NCBI GenBank assembly: GCA_025350565.1
Contig: JANXXO010000034.1
Location: 30,577 to 94,576 of the forward strand
Length of the DNA: 64,000 nucleotides
Source: Acidimicrobiaceae bacterium
Lineage (GTDB): Bacteria > Actinomycetota > Acidimicrobiia > Acidimicrobiales > RAAP-2
Reading direction: 5' to 3'
Program-made: the position numbers and the translations under genes
Notes under the pieces: model-generated
Databases searched by the model: none
Seen by the model: the letters and a program-made list of their open reading frames with translations, nothing else
Told to the model about the DNA's origin: nothing
In this document: piece after piece, positions 18,303 through 27,970 of the stretch
Layout: each line of letters starts with the position of its first letter
Numbering within the stretch: position 1 is the first letter of the stretch

Positions 18303-18387
18303 CGCGCAATGCTACCGACCCCTTGGATGGCCCCCATGCGGAGGGGATTAAACTCCCTAGGTCCACGGGCACTACGGGAGTAACTCA

Positions 18388-18708
18388 ATGCCGACCTACG
18401 AATATGAATGCCACACTTGCCATCGCCGGGTCGAGGCGGTGCAAAAGTTCACCGATCCTGCGCTCACGGTCTGTGAGCAGTGCGGTGGCGAACTCCGCAA
18501 GGTCTTCTCGGCACCGGGCATTGCCTTTAAGGGAAGCGGTTTTTACAAGAACGACAGCCGGAGTGCGGCAAAATCGACCTCCACCCCCTCGTCACCCTCC
18601 AAGACCGACGCGACCAGCGAGTCCGGTTCCTCGCCTACTCCTTCACCGGCCCCCGCCACGGCTGCGCCCGCGGCCACTCCGGCGCCGGCGGCGAGTGCCT
18701 CGGACTAA
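18388..18708 (+). CDS. FmdB-family zinc-ribbon protein
   Basis: MPTYEYEC..C...C..CGG.LRKVFS..GI.FKGSGFY plus a Pro/Ala/Ser-rich tail. Confidence 0.9.
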   Translation: MPTYEYECHTCHRRVEAVQKFTDPALTVCEQCGGELRKVFSAPGIAFKGSGFYKNDSRSAAKSTSTPSSPSKTDATSESGSSPTPSPAPATAAPAATPAPAASASD

Positions 18709-20060
18709 CTGCCCGAGACGGCGATGTTCGCAATCGCCACCGTTTGTCCCGCCGCGCTGCCGGGAAGCCATTCCACGTCGTTGCCCACGTGGATCACGTC
18801 GAGCAACATCCGCTGCAGGGTCGACGCGACCGTGATCTCGCGAAGTGGTTCAGCCAACTGACCATCACGAATCATGAGACCCGTTACCCCGACCGAGAAA
18901 TCACCCGACACCGAGTTGACACCGGAGTGCACCCCGATCAACGATTCGACGAAAACCCCGTTGCCCACGCGGCGAAAGATCTCTGCCTGATCAATGTCCC
19001 CGGGCGAAAGCTGCAGAGCGCGACATCCCGCCGATGGTGATCCGGCAACGCCGCCGCGCACCGCGCTCCCGGTGGAGACCGTCCCCGCTCGGCGCGCCGA
19101 CACGGTGTCGTACACGAAGCCTCGCAACTCGCCCCGCTCAATCATGACGTTTCGCCGACAGGCCAAGCCCTCGCCGTCGTAGGGACTCGCCGAGAAATGA
19201 CGAGCGTCGGTGGGGTCGTCCACGAGGGTGAACGACGGCGCCGCCACGACTTCGCCAACTCGATTCGCAAAGAACGAGCGTCCGCGCACCACGGCTTCAC
19301 CACTGAGGGCGCCCCCGATAATGGCGAACAGCGTCGCGGCCGTGCGGGGATCAAAGACGGCCGAGCACTTGAACGAGGCGGGCTTCACGGCACCGAGCAT
19401 CCGAGTCGAACGGCGAATCGCGTCCGCCGCTGCCTGGGCGAGGTCGAGGTCGCGTGGGGCGCGCCCCGCGGACAATCCCCAGCCCGTCTGGTCGTCGCTG
19501 CCGTCGGTGGCGATCGCTTCGACCGACACGTACGCGCCAGTACGCGCGTAGGCGGCGCGAATGCCCATCGTCGATACGATGGCCGCTTCGGCAATGTAAT
19601 CCGAGTAGTTCGCAGCATCAACCTGGCGTATGCGCCGATCGCCGGACCGTACCAACCGCTCCAGTTCGATGGCCATCGCTATCTTCTCGTCGAGCGGCGT
19701 GGACGCCACACTTTCGTCGGTCAGGGTGAGCGCGGACGCCGTCACTCCGTCGGGACGCGCGAAGGCAATGAACTCGTCTTGCGTAGCGAAGCGCGCGTTC
19801 TCTCTCGCTTCCTTGATGGCGTTCTCGATGGCCTGATCGTCCAACGAACCGGCCCACGCGGTACCAATCTGTGCGCCGGCCGCGTTGTCGCGAAGGATGC
19901 GCACGCCAATCCCGGACGATGACGCGGTGGTGAGCTCTTCGACCTCGCCCTGATAGGCCTGCACTTCGGTGTCGACGCCCCGGGCGAGGAAGAGCTCTAC
20001 CTCTTCGGAACCTTTGGCCGACTCGAGCAGCCGTTCGGCTTGGGCAATCAACTCGCTCAC
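18705..20060 (-). CDS. pmbA: PmbA/TldE metalloprotease partner
   Basis: GIGVRI, FDPRTAATL, SPYDGEG and GDFSVG motifs; lacks HExxxH; downstream of tldD. Confidence 0.85.
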   Translation of the reverse strand: MSELIAQAERLLESAKGSEEVELFLARGVDTEVQAYQGEVEELTTASSSGIGVRILRDNAAGAQIGTAWAGSLDDQAIENAIKEARENARFATQDEFIAFARPDGVTASALTLTDESVASTPLDEKIAMAIELERLVRSGDRRIRQVDAANYSDYIAEAAIVSTMGIRAAYARTGAYVSVEAIATDGSDDQTGWGLSAGRAPRDLDLAQAAADAIRRSTRMLGAVKPASFKCSAVFDPRTAATLFAIIGGALSGEAVVRGRSFFANRVGEVVAAPSFTLVDDPTDARHFSASPYDGEGLACRRNVMIERGELRGFVYDTVSARRAGTVSTGSAVRGGVAGSPSAGCRALQLSPGDIDQAEIFRRVGNGVFVESLIGVHSGVNSVSGDFSVGVTGLMIRDGQLAEPLREITVASTLQRMLLDVIHVGNDVEWLPGSAAGQTVAIANIAVSGS

Positions 20061-21454
20061 GCTGACGCCCCACCAATGGTGATGCCGGTAAGGCGCATGG
20101 TCGCTTGACCGCATCCCACCGGCACACTCTGTCCGTTCTTGCCGCAGGTGCCCGGCGTCATCGAGAAGTCAGAAGCGATGGCGTCAACGCGCTTGAGGAC
20201 GTCGGGCCCGTTACCAATGAGGTTGCAGTCGCGAAGCGGTGCGGTGATGTGGCCGTCCTCGATCATGAACGCCGCCGTCATCCCAAAGACGAAGTCCCCG
20301 GTCGCGGTGTTGACCTGGCCCCCGCCCAGTTGCGCCACGTAGACGCCGTAAGGCGTCTGGGCAATGATCTCGTCGGCGTCGGACTCGCCCCCCATCAGAT
20401 AGGTGTTGGTCATGCGCACCATCGGCAAATGTTGATAACTCTGTCGACGTCCGTTGCCCGACGAGGCACGCCCTTCCTTTCGAGATCGCAGATAGTCCCA
20501 CATGTAGTCGGTGAGAACACCGTTCTCGATGAGTACGTTGCGCGCGCCGGGACGACCTTCATCATCGACGGCGAGGTAACCCCACTCGCCGTCCACGGTG
20601 CCGTCGTCCACGAGTGTGACCAGTGGACTGGCTACTTGTTCGCCGACTTTCCCCGCGTAGACCGAGGCCTGCTTCAAGATGGCGTCCGCTTCGAGACCAT
20701 GGCCGCACGCCTCGTGGAACAAGATTCCCCCCGAACCTCCGGCGAGCACGACCGGGAGGTCGCCCGACGGCGCTGGTCGGGCGTCGAGCTTGGTGAGGGC
20801 TTGGCGCGCGGCACCGAGCGCGGCCTCACCCACCGCGTCGGGAGTGAGCAGTTCGAATCCCCTCGTACCGGCGATGGGGCGGTATCCCGTCTGCATGCCG
20901 ACGTCACCAGTAGCGATACAAGTGACGTTGAAACGCGTACGGACTTGATGATCCGAGGCGTAGACCCCTTCGGAGTTCGCCACCACGAATCGCCGCGTGG
21001 AATCACCGAGGGCGACCGACACTTGCGTGATCGAGGATCCCTCCGAGCGCGCGACGTCGTCGGCGTGACGCATCAACTCGATCTTGCGCGCCTTGTCGAC
21101 GTCGCCGGGCGCCACAAGGGCGCGCGAAGGATGGGCGGCAATCGCACCGAGTGCGACTTCATGGACACCACCACCACCACCTCGCGCCACCGCTGCCGCG
21201 GCGCGCGCGGCGCCCAGTAGTCCGCTCTCGGAGAGGTCCGCCGTGTGGGCGAATCCGGTGGTGTCGCCCACCACGACGCGAATGCCGGCCCCGCGGTCTC
21301 GTCCCGAACTGAGCTCCTCCACGCGACGTTGGTCGAGCATTGCCGAAGAGGTCGTCCGATCTTCCGCGAAGACCTCGGCGAACTCCCCGCCCCGGGCCAT
21401 TGCTTCGGTCAGCACGCGCTGAAGGACGTCAGGACCAACCAGTTCCGCATTCAT
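20057..21454 (-). CDS. tldD: TldD metalloprotease
   Basis: HEACGHGLEAD, DDEG, RMTNTY and CGKNGQSVPVG motifs. Start placed at ATG 21454. Confidence 0.92.
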   Translation of the reverse strand: MNAELVGPDVLQRVLTEAMARGGEFAEVFAEDRTTSSAMLDQRRVEELSSGRDRGAGIRVVVGDTTGFAHTADLSESGLLGAARAAAAVARGGGGGVHEVALGAIAAHPSRALVAPGDVDKARKIELMRHADDVARSEGSSITQVSVALGDSTRRFVVANSEGVYASDHQVRTRFNVTCIATGDVGMQTGYRPIAGTRGFELLTPDAVGEAALGAARQALTKLDARPAPSGDLPVVLAGGSGGILFHEACGHGLEADAILKQASVYAGKVGEQVASPLVTLVDDGTVDGEWGYLAVDDEGRPGARNVLIENGVLTDYMWDYLRSRKEGRASSGNGRRQSYQHLPMVRMTNTYLMGGESDADEIIAQTPYGVYVAQLGGGQVNTATGDFVFGMTAAFMIEDGHITAPLRDCNLIGNGPDVLKRVDAIASDFSMTPGTCGKNGQSVPVGCGQATMRLTGITIGGASA

Positions 21455-21523
21455 GCTTGTGAGCGTAACCGCCAACCATTGCCCGCCCACCGTGACAAAT
21501 AGGGTCGCCGGTAGGCTGGGTAG

Positions 21524-23449
21524 GTGCTTCTCCCCTCCATTGAAACGCCCCACGATTTGCGCGCACTCTCCTACGAGGAGCTCGACGACTTGAGCGACGA
21601 GATCCGTGAGTTCATCATCGAAACGGTCACCACGACCGGCGGCCACCTCGGTTCGAACCTCGGCGTCGTCGAGTTGACCCTGGCTCTCCACCGGGTCTTC
21701 GACTCGCCCAAGGACATCCTTCTGTGGGATACGGGCCATCAGGCCTACGTCCACAAACTGCTCACCGGGCGCCGCTACGGCTTCAAAAATCTGCGCCAGC
21801 GCGGCGGCCTGTCGGGCTACCCCAACCGTTCCGAGAGCGAGCACGACTGGATTGAGTCGAGTCACGCCTCCACAGCCCTCTCCTACGCGCACGGACTTTC
21901 GGTGGCCCTCGAGCAGCGCCGCGAACTCATTGGTCGCGGCGGGAAGCGACACGTGGTGGCCGTCGTGGGCGACGGTTCGCTGACCGGCGGCATGGCCTAC
22001 GAAGCGCTCAATAACCTCGGTCACGCCAACCAGCGCGTGGTGATCGTCCTCAACGACAACGGACGAAGCTACGCGCCCACCATTTCCAAACTCTCGGAGT
22101 CGCTCACGAACTTGCGACTCAACAAGACCTATCTCAACGTCCGAGGGAAGGTACGAAACGTCGTGCCGAAACTTCCGCGCGTCGGTAAGGCGGCCTACCT
22201 CGGCCTCGATGGCTTCACCTCAGTCGTGCGCGAGATGGTCACGCCCCACACCTTCTTCGAAAACCTCGGCGTTCGCTACGTCGGCCCCATTGACGGCCAC
22301 GACATCGAGGCCCTCGAGGCGGCGCTGAAGAGCGCCGCGCTCTGGGACGGGCCGATTGTCTTGCACGTCCTTACGCAAAAAGGGCGAGGTTACGAGCCGG
22401 CGGTGGACGACGACCTCAAGATGCACGACTTCAAACTGTCCCCGCGACTGCCGGGCGAGGCCGCCGCACCCCAGTCCTTCTCTCAGGCGTTCTCCGACTC
22501 GCTCGTCGCACTCGCGAGCGCCGACGAGCGAGTGGTCGCCATCACCGCCGCCATGGCCGGTCCGACCGGGTTACTGAACTTCGAAGCACAGTTTCCCGAT
22601 CGATTCTTTGACGTGGGCATCGCCGAGCAACACGCCGTCACGGCCGCCGCCGGAATGGCGATGGGCGGACTCAAGCCAGTGGTGGCCATCTATTCAACGT
22701 TCTTCTCGCGGGCCTTCGATCAGGCCCACCTCGACGTGGGTCTCCTCGATCTACCGGTCGTGTTCGTCTTCGATCGCGCCGGCATCACCGGGGACGACGG
22801 TCCGAGCCACCACGGTCTATTGGACATGGCGCTGTGTCTCGCCATCCCCAACATGACCGTTTTCGCGCCCTCGTCGGCGGAAGAGGTGTCGGGGATGCTC
22901 GCCATGGCCCTGTCGATGTCCACGCCCACTGCGCTGCGGTTTCCCAAGACCGTTCCGGCTCCCTTCGACGGCAAGGTCGGTGACGGACTCGAAGCCCGCG
23001 AGGTGGTGCGAGGCGACGGCTCCTTATGCGTGCTCGCGGTCGGCAAAATGGCGCCGGCTGCGTACGAAGCCCTGAGGCTGATGGGTGAGGCGGCCCAGGC
23101 GGTCACCCTTTACGACGTACGCGTCTTGCCGCCCGACGCCCGGATGATCGACGAAGCACTGAACCACGACCGCATTATCACCGTCGAAGACGGCACTCGC
23201 CACGGTGGCGCGGGTACCTTGATGGTGTCGGCGATTCGCAGTCGCGCGCAGGACTTGGCGCGGCCCTTTCCCACGACGAGAATTCTGGGTACGCCCAGGG
23301 CCTACCTTGAACAGCACCGACCAGACCTCTTGTTGGCCGAATTGGGCCTCGACGCGCCCGGACTCGCCGCCGCGTTCACTCGCCTACTCGCCGACCAGCC
23401 CGAATTTGCTCGCGAACTGCCCGAGTCGCCCCGACCTACCTTCCTCTAG
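21524..23449 (+). CDS. dxs: 1-deoxy-D-xylulose-5-phosphate synthase
   Basis: GGHLGSNLGVVELT, WDTGHQAY, GDGSLTGGMAYEALNN and DVGIAEQHAV motifs. Confidence 0.96.
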   Translation: MLLPSIETPHDLRALSYEELDDLSDEIREFIIETVTTTGGHLGSNLGVVELTLALHRVFDSPKDILLWDTGHQAYVHKLLTGRRYGFKNLRQRGGLSGYPNRSESEHDWIESSHASTALSYAHGLSVALEQRRELIGRGGKRHVVAVVGDGSLTGGMAYEALNNLGHANQRVVIVLNDNGRSYAPTISKLSESLTNLRLNKTYLNVRGKVRNVVPKLPRVGKAAYLGLDGFTSVVREMVTPHTFFENLGVRYVGPIDGHDIEALEAALKSAALWDGPIVLHVLTQKGRGYEPAVDDDLKMHDFKLSPRLPGEAAAPQSFSQAFSDSLVALASADERVVAITAAMAGPTGLLNFEAQFPDRFFDVGIAEQHAVTAAAGMAMGGLKPVVAIYSTFFSRAFDQAHLDVGLLDLPVVFVFDRAGITGDDGPSHHGLLDMALCLAIPNMTVFAPSSAEEVSGMLAMALSMSTPTALRFPKTVPAPFDGKVGDGLEAREVVRGDGSLCVLAVGKMAPAAYEALRLMGEAAQAVTLYDVRVLPPDARMIDEALNHDRIITVEDGTRHGGAGTLMVSAIRSRAQDLARPFPTTRILGTPRAYLEQHRPDLLLAELGLDAPGLAAAFTRLLADQPEFARELPESPRPTFL

Positions 23450-23627
23450 GTCGACGAGGCGAATCGATCACGGGTAACCTCATCGCGCTTCACCGACGTT
23501 GTGGGTGAAGGAGACAACGGACGGACGACTCGGTCTTCGTCACCCCGGCACGACCAACAAGTTGGGTGGGGGCCAAGAGTAGCGTTGACAGTCGTGGCCA
23601 CGTCTCTCACGCAGGAGCCAACCCCAG

Positions 23628-23641
23628 CGAACTTTTGTTCG
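23628..23641. promoter_or_regulatory. Candidate LexA SOS box
   Basis: CGAAC-TTTT-GTTCG (extends to GCGAAC/GTTCGC) in the dxs-regulator intergenic region. Confidence 0.4.
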
Positions 23642-23808
23642 CAACTCTTTGGAACGGGACCAATGGCGTCGATGCACCGTCCGAAACGTCGATCGACGTC
23701 GGGCAACGAGCCTCGCACTATGGCGGCGGGTCAATCACCACGTAGCAGTGTTCAGTCACGAGGCGACAATCACACACCGCATACTTTCTGTGAGCTGCAA
23801 TTCGCGAA

Positions 23809-24477
23809 ATGAGAATTCTCGTCGCCGAAGATGACCGAACGCTTCGAGAGGTGCTTCAACGCGGACTCACCGAGGCGGGTTACGTGGTCGATGTGGCGAT
23901 TGACGGCGAGGCGGCGACCACCATGCTCAAAATGAACGAATACGAGGTGGCGATCTTGGACTGGCGGATGCCCAAGCGCAGCGGTATCGAAGCGCTCACC
24001 TTGGTTCGAGCGAGTGACGTCGCCACTCCGATTCTGATCTTGACCGCTCGCGACGCGCCATTGGATCGCGTTGAAGGCCTCAATGCCGGCGCCGACGACT
24101 ACCTCGTGAAACCCTTTGATTTCGACGAACTCGTGGCCCGACTCCAGGCCCTTCAACGACGCCCGGCATTGCGGTTCAACGAGGTGATCCGCTGTGGTGA
24201 CCTCGAATTTGATACATCGACTCGAGCACTTCGTGCGGCCGGCCGCGACGTTGAACTCACCTCGACCGAACGCCTTCTCGTTGAGTTGCTCCTGCGCCGA
24301 AGCCCGACAGCCGTCTCCCGACGAACCATCGCCAATCAAGTATGGAGTGATCAAGCCGATGCCGTCGGATCCAACACGATTGAGGTTCACATCGCCCGAG
24401 TTCGCGCCAAGATTTCGCGTTGCGAGGCACGAATTGAGACCATTCGAGGGTTTGGCTATCGAATGGTGGAGTCGTGA
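23809..24477 (+). CDS. OmpR/PhoB-family response regulator
   Basis: ILVAEDD, LDWRMP, GADDYLVKPF, and winged-helix IEVHIARVRAK..IETIRGFGY. Confidence 0.93.
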   Translation: MRILVAEDDRTLREVLQRGLTEAGYVVDVAIDGEAATTMLKMNEYEVAILDWRMPKRSGIEALTLVRASDVATPILILTARDAPLDRVEGLNAGADDYLVKPFDFDELVARLQALQRRPALRFNEVIRCGDLEFDTSTRALRAAGRDVELTSTERLLVELLLRRSPTAVSRRTIANQVWSDQADAVGSNTIEVHIARVRAKISRCEARIETIRGFGYRMVES

Positions 24478-25745
24478 AAACCGAACGTTCCGATCGGATT
24501 CGCGCGAGCAAAGTCGCGGTCGTTGCCACCGTGATTGGCATGGGCAGTTATGCACTCATCGCCCTCGTCTTCAATTTCTCCTTAATTAATCACCTGACCA
24601 AATTGGTGGACGCGCGGCTTGATCAAAGACTGGTGTTGAGCATCAAAGGCGTAGAACTACATGAGAGTGCGAACCCCAGGAACCCGCTCAAAGATTCAGG
24701 CGAACTGGACCATGATGATGTTCCAATTTTGGTTTGGAAGGTCGCCTCGGACGGTACGATCACAGCCCTCAACGCCGGTGCACCGCGACTCCCGTCGAAG
24801 CAGTGGACGGCGGGCAACGGTTCGCTACGGCTTGGTCACACGGTGTTCGCGGTGCGTGCGGTGAGGTTCGAATCGGGTTGGCTGGTAGCCGGTGAGAGTC
24901 TGGCGGACCTTGACCGAGTCAAAGTTTCGTTGATAAACGCTGAGATGATTTTTGGAACCGTATTGGTTGTTTTAATGTTTGGCGCGTCATTCGTCGTGGG
25001 AATACGCGCCCTATCGCCCATCGCTCGTGCGCAACGCCGCCAGCGTGAGTTCACCGCAGACGCCTCGCACGAATTGAGGACACCGCTCAGCGTGATTGAA
25101 GCTGAGGTGTCGATCGCGCTGAGCCAGGATCGAGACGCACAGTCCTACCGTTCCGCACTCGAACGAATCCGAGGCGAGGGCCGACGTCTCAATCGAATCG
25201 TCGAAGACCTTTTGTGGCTCGCTCGATCCGATGGAGAACTCGAACCGCATTCGGACGAAATCGTCGATCTCGGGAACATTGCATTTGCCTGCTCTGAGCG
25301 ATTTCAAGCGGTTGCGGCGACGACGAGTTTGCGACTCATCTATTTAAAATTGGGCGATGAAGAACCGCTCGTTCGCGCGCCGCGCGATTCCGTCGACCGA
25401 CTTGTCGGAGTCCTCATCGACAACGCGTGCAAATATGCCGGTCCAGGGGGCCAAGTGGAGGTGATCGTTGCCACGAACGGAAATACCGTGACGCTCGAAG
25501 TCGACGATAGCGGTCCAGGCATTGACCCGAACGATCGCGACGTCATCTTTGACCGATTCCATCGCACTTCCACACCGGCTGGCGGCACGGGACTCGGTCT
25601 CGCGATTGCCCATTCGATTATTCGCGCGACGCAAGCACACTGCACCATCGGCACCGCGTCAATCGGCGGCGCGAAATTCGAAATCAGTTGGCGCCTCGTT
25701 GCGCAAAAGTTGCCTCTTCACCCGAGCGAGGACCTGGAAAGTTGA
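24474..25745 (+). CDS. Sensor histidine kinase
   Basis: Two TMs, DASHELRTPL H-box, NACKY, DSGPGI and GTGLGLAI motifs. Confidence 0.93.
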   Translation: MKTERSDRIRASKVAVVATVIGMGSYALIALVFNFSLINHLTKLVDARLDQRLVLSIKGVELHESANPRNPLKDSGELDHDDVPILVWKVASDGTITALNAGAPRLPSKQWTAGNGSLRLGHTVFAVRAVRFESGWLVAGESLADLDRVKVSLINAEMIFGTVLVVLMFGASFVVGIRALSPIARAQRRQREFTADASHELRTPLSVIEAEVSIALSQDRDAQSYRSALERIRGEGRRLNRIVEDLLWLARSDGELEPHSDEIVDLGNIAFACSERFQAVAATTSLRLIYLKLGDEEPLVRAPRDSVDRLVGVLIDNACKYAGPGGQVEVIVATNGNTVTLEVDDSGPGIDPNDRDVIFDRFHRTSTPAGGTGLGLAIAHSIIRATQAHCTIGTASIGGAKFEISWRLVAQKLPLHPSEDLES

Positions 25746-25959
25746 CGCGACTGTGCAACGCTGATGGAAGGCCGCCAAAACCGGTCAAATAAGCGTTTCA
25801 AATGTAAGAATCGTTGAAGAGTCTGTCCACCTTAATGAGGTCGTAAGGTTCTCTCTTTATCCTTTGGTTCATGACGATCGATGACCGGAGCCCCCTGGGG
25901 ATCGAACGCTCTGCCATCGCCTTTCGGGCCACTTTCCGATTGATGGCGACCGGCTGCTC

Positions 25960-26607
25960 ATGACGGTGCACCATCAAGGGGTTTTCGAACGTCGAAGTAG
26001 TCCGTCGCAGGCCCAACGTGAGCAAAGTAAGCGCCACTTCGGCACGGAAGCGAACGCCCGATTGACGAGTTCAACAGCTCTCGTGCTGCTCGTGTTACTG
26101 GCCATCGAAGGCATTACCGTGCTGCGGGTTGGTTCCCTCCTCACCCTCCATGTCTTCATTGGCATGCTGCTCGTGCCACCTGTTCTCGTGAAACTAGCAA
26201 GCACCTTTTGGCGCTTTGCCAAGTACTACGCGCGATCGCCCGCCTACATTGAGAAGGGCCCGCCACGAATGGTGCTGCGACTGCTCGGACCCTTTGTGGC
26301 GATCTTGACCATAATTCTCTTCGCGTCGGGGATACTCCTACTCTTCGTGTCGCACTCTTGGCGCGCCAACCTGCTCGCACTTCACCAGGCAAGTTTCATT
26401 CTGTGGTTTGGTTGTATGACGGTTCACGTGCTCGGACATCTCAAAGAGACGACACAGCTGTCAACGAAGGATTTTGTTCGTCGAACGAGAGTCCAAGTTG
26501 CCGGCTCGCAGTGGCGCCAACTCGCGATAGTTTCGAGTCTCGTAGGCGGTGTGGTGCTGGCCTTCGTGACGTTGCCCGCCGTGGGTACCTGGCTGAGTGC
26601 GCGCTAG
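25960..26607 (+). CDS. Hypothetical integral membrane protein with His-bearing helices
   Basis: About 5 hydrophobic segments (LTLHVFIG, LALHQAS, TVHVLGH); abuts the next gene. Confidence 0.6.
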   Translation: MTVHHQGVFERRSSPSQAQREQSKRHFGTEANARLTSSTALVLLVLLAIEGITVLRVGSLLTLHVFIGMLLVPPVLVKLASTFWRFAKYYARSPAYIEKGPPRMVLRLLGPFVAILTIILFASGILLLFVSHSWRANLLALHQASFILWFGCMTVHVLGHLKETTQLSTKDFVRRTRVQVAGSQWRQLAIVSSLVGGVVLAFVTLPAVGTWLSAR

Positions 26608-27858
26608 ATGCCCGTTGAACAGTCAACTGTCAACCGTTATAAGCCGCCCCGCCAAGGGCTGCACGGCACTCGTCACATCTTTTCTGCCAAGACGAGGCGG
26701 AAACGAGCCCGCAGACGTGTTGCGGCGACGGTCCTACTCATGGTGATGGCGTTCTTGATTTGGCTGACGTTCTCGCTCGGGAGTGCCTTGATGAATCCAG
26801 CGTTGGGTGCGTCCTTGGGCTCACGTTTTGCCGAGTGGGCTCGGGGCCACGGCGCTTCGAGCCTCGTCAACTGGGCGGAAAATCAATGGTACAAGCAACA
26901 TCCGCCGCCCGTAGGGGGGACGCCTCCCCCGGGGTCGATCCGTATTCCCACGTCCTCCCACCAAAGGACCGTGAGCTCAAGTTCCTATCTTCCAGTGCCG
27001 ATGGCCATCGTCCCCTTCACGTCACCGGCTCTCCCCGGCGAGGGCGCTTGGTCACCGGTCGGCCGCCTTGTTCACGGAGTCCCCGCAATCTACGAAGCCA
27101 CGCTTCGACCCGATGCCGTGCATACCAGTTACGTAGCAGGGGTCGTATGGATGGATACCAAATTGTTGCACGCGTCGCTCTATTCAGGTAGTTCGATCCC
27201 TGGCGGCGGTCCCTTTCCCTTGACTGCCCCGATCAAGTCGCCCGCGGCGCGCACGCTCGTCGCCGCCTTTAACGCTGGGTTCCTCATGGCGAATGCCGAG
27301 GGCGGTTATTTCACGGCCGGCAAAGTCGAGATCCCGCTGCGAAATGGCGCGGCGTCCTTCGTGGTGTACCGCAATGGTTCGAGCAACTTGGTGGCGTGGA
27401 ATAAGGGCATGACGTTAAACCACTCCATCGTGGCCGTTCGTCAGAACCTCGACCTCTTGGTGAATCAGGGTCATCCTGTGGCGGGCCTCCAGGCGAATGA
27501 CACGAGAAAATGGGGACTCACCTTAGGCAACGCGGTCTATGTCTGGCGATCAGGATTGGGCATCACTGCCAATGGCGCACTCGTCTACGTCGGTGGCCCA
27601 GGGCTCAACATCACCGACCTGGCAAATCTTCTTGCGCGCGCAGGTGCCGTTCGCGCAATGGAACTCGATATCAACACGGACTGGGTCAACTTTTCGAGTT
27701 ACAAACCTTCGGTCAGCAATGGACTGGCATCGGCACCCAACGGCTCAGAATTACTGCCGTCGATGACGGGAACACCCGCTCGATACTTCGAATCTTGGTG
27801 GACTCGCGACTTCATCACGATGTCCGCCGCCGCCAATCTCGCGCGAGCCAAGAGTTGA
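26608..27858 (+). CDS. Membrane-anchored phosphodiester glycosidase (NAGPA/DUF2233-like) protein
   Basis: Basic N-terminus plus TM, AAFNAGF, RSGLGITANGALVYV and AMELDIN motifs. Confidence 0.65.
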   Translation: MPVEQSTVNRYKPPRQGLHGTRHIFSAKTRRKRARRRVAATVLLMVMAFLIWLTFSLGSALMNPALGASLGSRFAEWARGHGASSLVNWAENQWYKQHPPPVGGTPPPGSIRIPTSSHQRTVSSSSYLPVPMAIVPFTSPALPGEGAWSPVGRLVHGVPAIYEATLRPDAVHTSYVAGVVWMDTKLLHASLYSGSSIPGGGPFPLTAPIKSPAARTLVAAFNAGFLMANAEGGYFTAGKVEIPLRNGAASFVVYRNGSSNLVAWNKGMTLNHSIVAVRQNLDLLVNQGHPVAGLQANDTRKWGLTLGNAVYVWRSGLGITANGALVYVGGPGLNITDLANLLARAGAVRAMELDINTDWVNFSSYKPSVSNGLASAPNGSELLPSMTGTPARYFESWWTRDFITMSAAANLARAKS

Positions 27859-27917
27859 ACCGTGATACGTTTCATCACTTTTACGAGGCATAGGGAGCAA
27901 TGACAAAATCTCATCAA

Positions 27918-27937
27918 ACTCATAGGCGACTCATAGG
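27918..27937 (+). promoter_or_regulatory. Tandem direct repeat, OmpR/PhoB-type binding site candidate
   Basis: ACTCATAGG twice at 11-bp periodicity, upstream of the ferric reductase-like gene. Confidence 0.5.
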
Positions 27938-27970
27938 TTGGCGCTTGTGGTAGCGCCGTATCGTCCCACC

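Noticed and set aside
18303-18387. Possible Moco riboswitch upstream of moaC
   Set aside because: Only short hairpins; I could not match the conserved motif, and the spacer must hold two divergent promoters.
20851-20861. GTTCGAATCCC resembling a tRNA T-loop
   Set aside because: It lies inside tldD coding sequence with no cloverleaf around it.
21455-22024. Extension of the tldD ORF to 655 aa
   Set aside because: It is antisense to dxs; TldD similarity starts at ATG 21454.
27900-27953. 17-codon ORF MTKSHQTHRRLIGWRLW with an AGGGAG RBS
   Set aside because: It overlaps the direct-repeat promoter region, with no independent evidence of translation; kept only as a note.
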